DNA of 53,652 nucleotides, filler included, from Sphacelaria rigidula (taxonomy: Eukaryota), in assembly GCA_964200075.2 (NCBI GenBank). It is 3 parts of 3 records of this genome, joined end to end, with 100 filler letters (N's around TTAATTAATTAA, not from the genome) between each part and the next. Parts side by side here need not be neighbours in the genome. Positions count along the whole stretch, not along the records: positions 35,842 to 53,652 come from CAXNAA020000987.1; 2 more parts are not named here. One strand, 5' to 3'. The notes beneath the pieces are model-generated. The model worked only from the letters and a program-made list of their open reading frames with translations, did not search any database and was not told where the DNA came from. This document shows positions 47,994-53,652 of the stretch, piece after piece. How positions within the stretch are numbered: position 1 is the stretch's first letter; each line of letters opens with the position of its first letter. Position numbers and translations under genes: made by a program.

Positions 47994-50263
47994 TATGTTT
48001 AATATATTTGTTTCTTCAAGGACCGATGCACACAGTGGGGCCCGCATACAGACAACCCTGCACCAACTTCGCCCTGTTCTAGCGTATAAATAAATTGCTA
48101 CAGCAGCAATCGCTTGGGATATGTGCTGTGACGGATCTCGAGCGTGATGCGGCTTTCTCCACCGTGGAGGGTGGCCCGTGAAGCCAGCTGTTGATGCTGA
48201 CAGTGCCCACCCCTCTCCCCACGATGACCTCTCTAAGGACAAGATAATGGAAACTGCGAAATGTAATTTCATCTACTGGAACGTACAAGACTCCTTGTAC
48301 AATACCTCCATAATTGGAAAAGGAATAACGCTGATACATGGTTTGTCAACACTGGCCTGGAACGGCAAACTGTTTATCCCGACGATGCACCCGGAGCAGG
48401 TGAAATCCGATCACCCCCCGGATGTACGCTGTACATAAAAAAAAAATCAAGTCATCTTCCGCAACTGCAGCTCGTACAAACGAAGCTCCCGTTCGCTCCA
48501 AGCGGCTACAACCATCCAGGCGGCTGGCAGTGGCGAGACTTTCAGGTCGAACGACTATTATCAGGACAAGAGTTACTATCATCCATCGGCAGGCAAAAGC
48601 TAGTGGTTAAAAAGCTTGACGCTATAGCGTGTTGTGGTGCAAGCGATATGCAGCTATGAAGTGCGGTCATGTGGTTGTTTGTACATGCAGTCCAGGGCCG
48701 GTCAGAGGACAACGATATAGCCTGTGAAGGATAGCTTGTATCCTACCACAGTCAGTGTCTCAAAATGTATGCGGCGGCATCGAACATTATTGGCAATAGA
48801 TAGTACCGTGCCGTCCAGCGCTGTACTCGTCTGTCTGTGAACAGGCTGCAGGTGGTACCTCAAAACGAAAAGATGACGGGGTATATCACCCCCTCCATTG
48901 GTAATGACTTCTCCATCCTCAGTTTTTCGAGAAGGCGGGTCCTTCGTCACTCTACAACCTTTTTTCGTCGAACAAGGTACACGAAATACCACCGATACGT
49001 GTCTTCCCGCAGAGCGGCCATCGCGGGTTTCTACTCGACGAAGACCGGGCAGTGTATCGCGTGCGCGTGATCTTGTTCGTCGTCCGCTGGACTACCGAAC
49101 ACGGGAGAGCTTCAGTCGGCCTCACCTCTAATATAGCGAGCCCGTATGGGATGGCGACGTTGATTTTCCTGGCTCTCACAATAGGTTCTGCGGTAGTGCC
49201 AGACTTCGGGCACACTTCCCTCCGCTAAAGCTTTTAGCCTTTTCCTTGCGACGCGCTTTCGGGGTGAGACTTCAGGCGTTCACATCATTTCAGTGTTTCG
49301 CCCAGTTTAGTGTCACGTTTTTCATCACCACCCCCCAAAAGCGACTTGGTGAAATAAAATAAGTCGACAGAGCAGTACAATGACAACTATAGTGATGCAC
49401 AGCTGTAGAACGTATCCGAAGCTACCCCACCGTCGAAGTCCGTGTCAATTCATTCAGTAAAGCACATGAACGATCGACGGATTACCGGGAAAAAGGACGA
49501 CGAAATTTGTACAAACCCAAAAGTCATTTTCCAATATGGCCGACCTGCACGCGATCACAGATAACTCGCTCTGCATGAATGGCAGCCAGCTGAAACTCGA
49601 GAGGCAGGTAATGATTACTGATAGCTACCGTTTAAGACCAAAATCTCAGCAAGTAGTGCCCGGTATCGTGCGGAAATTTCAATAGATGAACTTCACTATA
49701 CGTCAACATTTTCACTCGAGGCAAGGGCTTGCACAGCCGTGACTTCGAGGGCATATATATATGTGTGTGTGTCTTAGCTACAAATAGCAACTTGATTTGT
49801 CGCTGCAGCTGTTGTGTGTATTGAGATATTGCCATCTTGGTGCGGGGTGTTGGGACACATGAGATGCGGTGGGAAAGCGTATCATATACAAGGAAAGGCG
49901 GGATCATTTGACAGGAAGTTCTACATATGGCCGCAGGTATTATGATACGGGACGGTCAAGTAAGAGTGACATACGAGCCCCACACGTAACCAGTTATTTA
50001 TTGATCATCGATCGCTGATCACCGAGAAACAGCACGGAAAGCAGGAACCGATTTGAGACAGCTCCGACGACGAAGGCTCGCCCCGCCGCACGTGGGCTCG
50101 CCCTCTCTTCTCGCACACTACACCTACAAACTACAACAATCCAATCACCTACCACCTAAATCCCCCACGCGCTGGACATGTCCGCCCCGGAGGCGATACC
50201 CTCAGTGGACGCTATGTACGAGCTAGTCTACGAGACGCGGGGGCCCGTCTCCACCATAAAGCC

Positions 50264-50343
50264 TGTTCAGGAAGCGAACAGTTTATCCATTGAACCAGTG
50301 AGCGCTCACTGGTTCAATGGAGAAACTGTTCGCTTCCTGAACA
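50264..50343. repeat. 80-bp spacerless palindrome with one mismatch
   Basis: TGTTCAGGAAGCGAACAGTTTATCCATTGAACCAGTGAGC|GCTCACTGGTTCAATGGAGAAACTGTTCGCTTCCTGAACA. Confidence 0.95.
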
Positions 50344-50515
50344 AAAGATATGGGTTCGGCTCCCGGCATGATCGATTGTGGAAGGAATGAGTTTGACATG
50401 TGGACAGTGAGGCTTGCGAGGGGCAAGAGGCCCCGGAGATCCCTGATGTGTCATGCCGGGATGGACCACGCAGCATATCTTTTGTTCAGGAAGCGAACAG
50501 CTTGTCCCCCGATTC

Positions 50516-50649
50516 CATACCCTGGACAAAAGAATACAGTCAAAAAGTGTACTGCGTACAGTATCGACTATTGCGCCTGTTGCAATAGACAATAGATTCC
50601 ATACTGTACGCAGTATATTTTTTTACAATAGTCTATTGTCCAGGGTGTG
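50516..50649. mobile_element. hAT-type MITE family F
   Basis: CATACCCTGGACA / TGTCCAGGGTGTG with perfect 8-bp TSD CCCGATTC. Confidence 0.88.
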
Positions 50650-52866
50650 CCCGATTCTGAGTCATCACTATCAACAGGTCACTACTCTGCGCAAACACCC
50701 GTTGAGAGGGACCTGACGATGTCGGAACAGCTAGGGCGCCACGAGCTAGACACAAGCACAATGAGTTGGTACCTGTGAGCATTCTTCGAAGCGTTTGTTG
50801 GGTAGGGTATTTTCTACAGTTACGTATTTTGAAAAATCGTACAATTGTATAAGCACCCAAAATTAGGCAGAGTATTGAGAGCAGTCAACGGTATCCAGAT
50901 ATTGGGAAGCGCAATACGATCGTGCCTGATTTCATCTAATATTTCGGTAGAGATTGGAGATCGGATCATCGCAACAAATAAATCGGAGAATAAATACCCG
51001 GATATTTACCCTGCCCAATACCCCCTTGCATTCTTCGTTCAACACTTGAGATGTACGGCCTTTATTGTTGTTGTGCCGTGAGGTAGAGACCAGCTATTAT
51101 AGACGCTCCGATGGGGTCTGGTTTGTGTTCGAGAGACTTCTTCAGGCAGCAGAAAGAGGTGGTGAAGACGCTTTAGGTCTTCCGATGTTCTGCCGTGCAG
51201 TGGCGTGGAGAATGAATTTTGTGGTTAGGAGAGTGGTCAACAGGGGGTATATTTCGGAGCAATGCTACGGTAGGGGTGCATTTTGTGCGCGAAATTTTGT
51301 CTGGTTCACGGACTCCTAACGATTCTAGACGCACAATAATATGGGTCAGGGCATTCCCGTGTGCAATTCATTCGGGATATCCCCAGCACATTGAAATAGT
51401 AATCCTGGCGTACTCTCGCAATTTTTCATCAGTCGTGTTTTGGATGAGATGAAGGGCTCCTAACAATTCTAACCTCAGAAAATATTTGTGTACCCTTACC
51501 GTAGCATCACTCTTCGGACAAAAGGAGAAGGGATAAACATACTAAATATCGGTGGGTCGCCACACCCGATTCTCGGACAAAGATAGTCTCCTGCGCAGCC
51601 CTTGTTGCCCGCAATTATTGTTCGGCCCATGACCGCGCCAGAAAGTTCGTGCATGTTGATTCCAGTGCCGTGTGTAGGCCGTAGTCGTCTTGCCTTCACG
51701 TCAGGATTCGTTTACAATCAATTTGAGAGGAGCACGGGCAGAGCCCGTGGCTGGGTATTTATTGCCACGACCCTTCCTGGTGACCGAAAGGGGGGCAGGT
51801 CGACCAACTTTTTGTCTATTTCCCTCAAGATTGTTTTTTCTCACTCGGACAATCGCCTCCGAAATTTGGGTTGCCCCTGCTAATATCAGGATACGCCATC
51901 TGAGTCACGCGGTAACTTTTCAGGGAAAGTGATGCCGATTCAACAGATGACCTACACTGGCGGTCAAAAGGTTGAGATGTGACCTCAGACAACCTTTGAT
52001 AGCAGTCACCAATCTCTTTTTTTTCGAGCATCGGGGGAAAAAAATCGGGGAACGCATTCTGTGGATTCCGATTTGGACCATATCGGGGGCGACAAAAATC
52101 GGGTGTATCACGTATCTCAAAAAGATTTCCCCCGATTTTTTCGAAAAATCAGGAGAAAGCTGAGGTCCTCCCAATGTTGAGGAGGTGACGTACGTGCATT
52201 GACGTACAATGATAGAGTAAGAGGCGTTTGATATTTTTGCAACGGCAGCAGAAGACAGTCTCGTGACAGCGGAGCGCATTCCTGCCCGCGCCAGTTGCTG
52301 AAGCAACTTCGCATGGGATTTGAAAAGCGGATAATAAATAATGACGCCGTATCCTGCGGCGATGGTAAAATTCTATGCTGCACTGCGCTGCCATATGTAT
52401 CCCTATTACGAACGCTACTGTACCACAGTATCCTAGTCTGTTGTTGCTGTACTTGAGGGGTGCGGCACGGCACTGATGAACTCTGCTCGCGCACTGTTTG
52501 TTCACTGTTCTCGCAAAATACCGACTGTGCCATCATGTACTACCACACGGCATTACCATGTACGGTAATAATGGAGTGTCCTGCACTGTATAACCCTAGG
52601 GTACCAAGGTACGACACTGTACCCGAAGGATTAGTCACCGCCTGCATGCTCTTCGGTTTCATGCACGAGTACGCAGTGTCGCACTCATGCAGAAAATGAC
52701 TGTCCGTGTACCGAACTGTTTCACAACTCTGTAGGGCTATGAACTGGATCAGTTTGTACTGGCAGTTAAACTGGAGCTGGAGTTCAACTGGAACTGGTGA
52801 TGAGGACTCCAGTTTATCCAGTTTATTTCAACTTTGCCGTTACCGGCTATGTTTATACCTTTTTTA

Positions 52867-53067
52867 CAAGGGCAGGTCGACTAGACGATACTCAATTGCG
52901 GGGTATTTTGAAAGACGTACTTGGAGTACTCAAGTTAGGGTAGGGTGTTGGGAGTCGTACCCAAAAAATAGCTGGGAAGCGATTCCCGAAAATTTACCCC
53001 CAAATTATGTATTTTAAGTAAGACTTTCAAATACCCCGCGATTGAGTATCTACTCTACCTACCCTTG
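52867..53067. mobile_element. MITE H nested in G2
   Basis: About 48-bp imperfect TIR CAAGGGCAGGTCGA...GCGGGGTATTTTGAAAG / CTTTCAAATACCCCGCG...CCCTTG; absent from the matching site in G1; one end of the same family at 18278-18292 plus 19381-19452. Confidence 0.82.
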
Positions 53068-53498
53068 CATTTTTCGTATAGTGATTTTATAACAAGTATG
53101 CTTACATGATTACGAACAAAATGACAGTGGGATTGGGGTCTGCACCTGACAACAGTACAGGTACAGACAGCACAGTACAGTACTCGTGGTCACTACACCT
53201 CGAAGTGATATTGCGGAAATATGCCAGGTTTGTCGTTTCATAGCACGACATCTGGAATAAAAAAACAAAAACAAACGGTACTTCGCGATCACAAAATACA
53301 AAGTACACCATGGCTTGCAATTCAACTGTATGCGTGCTTGTGGGTCCGGACGTGAATCATTTCGCACTCTTGTCCCCGCGTGCTGCTAGCCTTGACTTGT
53401 TTACACCCTCCTCTCCTCACGGAGAGTCTGCTGCTGCATATTACACATGAATGGTAATCTAATCGCTCACGGCTTTAAATGAGATTTGAATGTCATCC

Positions 53499-53616
53499 GA
53501 GAGTGCCCAAAATAAACAATCCGAAACCCTATTCCCCTTTTTTTTAATCCTGGAGTTTTTCGGTGGGGGGGAGGCAGGATTACTAAATCTCATTAGTTTT
53601 TTTTCGGGCACTCCTG
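53499..53616. mobile_element. 118-bp hAT-type MITE nested in G2
   Basis: TSD TGTCATCC (53491-98, 53617-24); TIR core GAGTGCCC / GGGCACTC; empty site at about 19224-19235. Confidence 0.82.
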
Positions 53617-53652
53617 TGTCATCCAAGACTTTTAGCTCCTCAATGTGAGCGA

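Larger units (their letters stand above)
44185..52700 (+). pseudogene. Field of decayed EsV-1-7-like repeats between later MITE insertions
   Basis: SGMV..SC at about 44250; VCEAG..A.IYG at about 44688; CRS*GC at 46677-46694; CL*TGC at 48832-48849; PMFCRA and CYGRGAFCARN at 51182-51294; YCSAH at about 51616; (Y for C)AALRCHMYPYY at 52374-52409. Confidence 0.5.
52732..53652. mobile_element. hAT-type element G2 (runs off the window end)
   Basis: Starts TAGGGCTATGAACTGG; collinear with G1 apart from two nested MITEs and a segment missing from G1. Confidence 0.82.

Noticed and set aside
50865-52162. Possible small hAT MITEs at about 50865-51013 and 51990-52162
   Set aside because: ATCGG-rich, but TIRs and TSDs are too degraded to define.

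Overview
Eukaryotic, repeat-rich DNA, most likely from a brown alga (Phaeophyceae); this is inferred from an EsV-1-7 repeat gene and the transposon repertoire. There is one convincingly intact coding region, 24471-26033 (+), with nine C-x4-C-x~17-C-x2-H EsV-1-7 repeats. About half the window is transposon-derived: nested non-autonomous DNA elements with clear TIRs and TSDs (TA, TTAA, TTA and 8-bp hAT types), a broken hAT transposase (35846-36894), a decayed DUF6729-like transposase-type gene (about 14.6-17.6 kb, -) and LINE 3' ends. Two 100-bp scaffold gaps carry an artificial linker. The main observation is that the sequence between the transposons, from about 0.1 kb to about 52.7 kb, appears to be made of heavily decayed EsV-1-7 repeats, all on the + strand and locally spaced about 115-120 bp apart. 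This suggests a very large fossil repeat field around one live gene. The call rests on manual translation across frameshifts and needs a frameshift-aware profile search. No rRNA, tRNA or CRISPR array was recognised.
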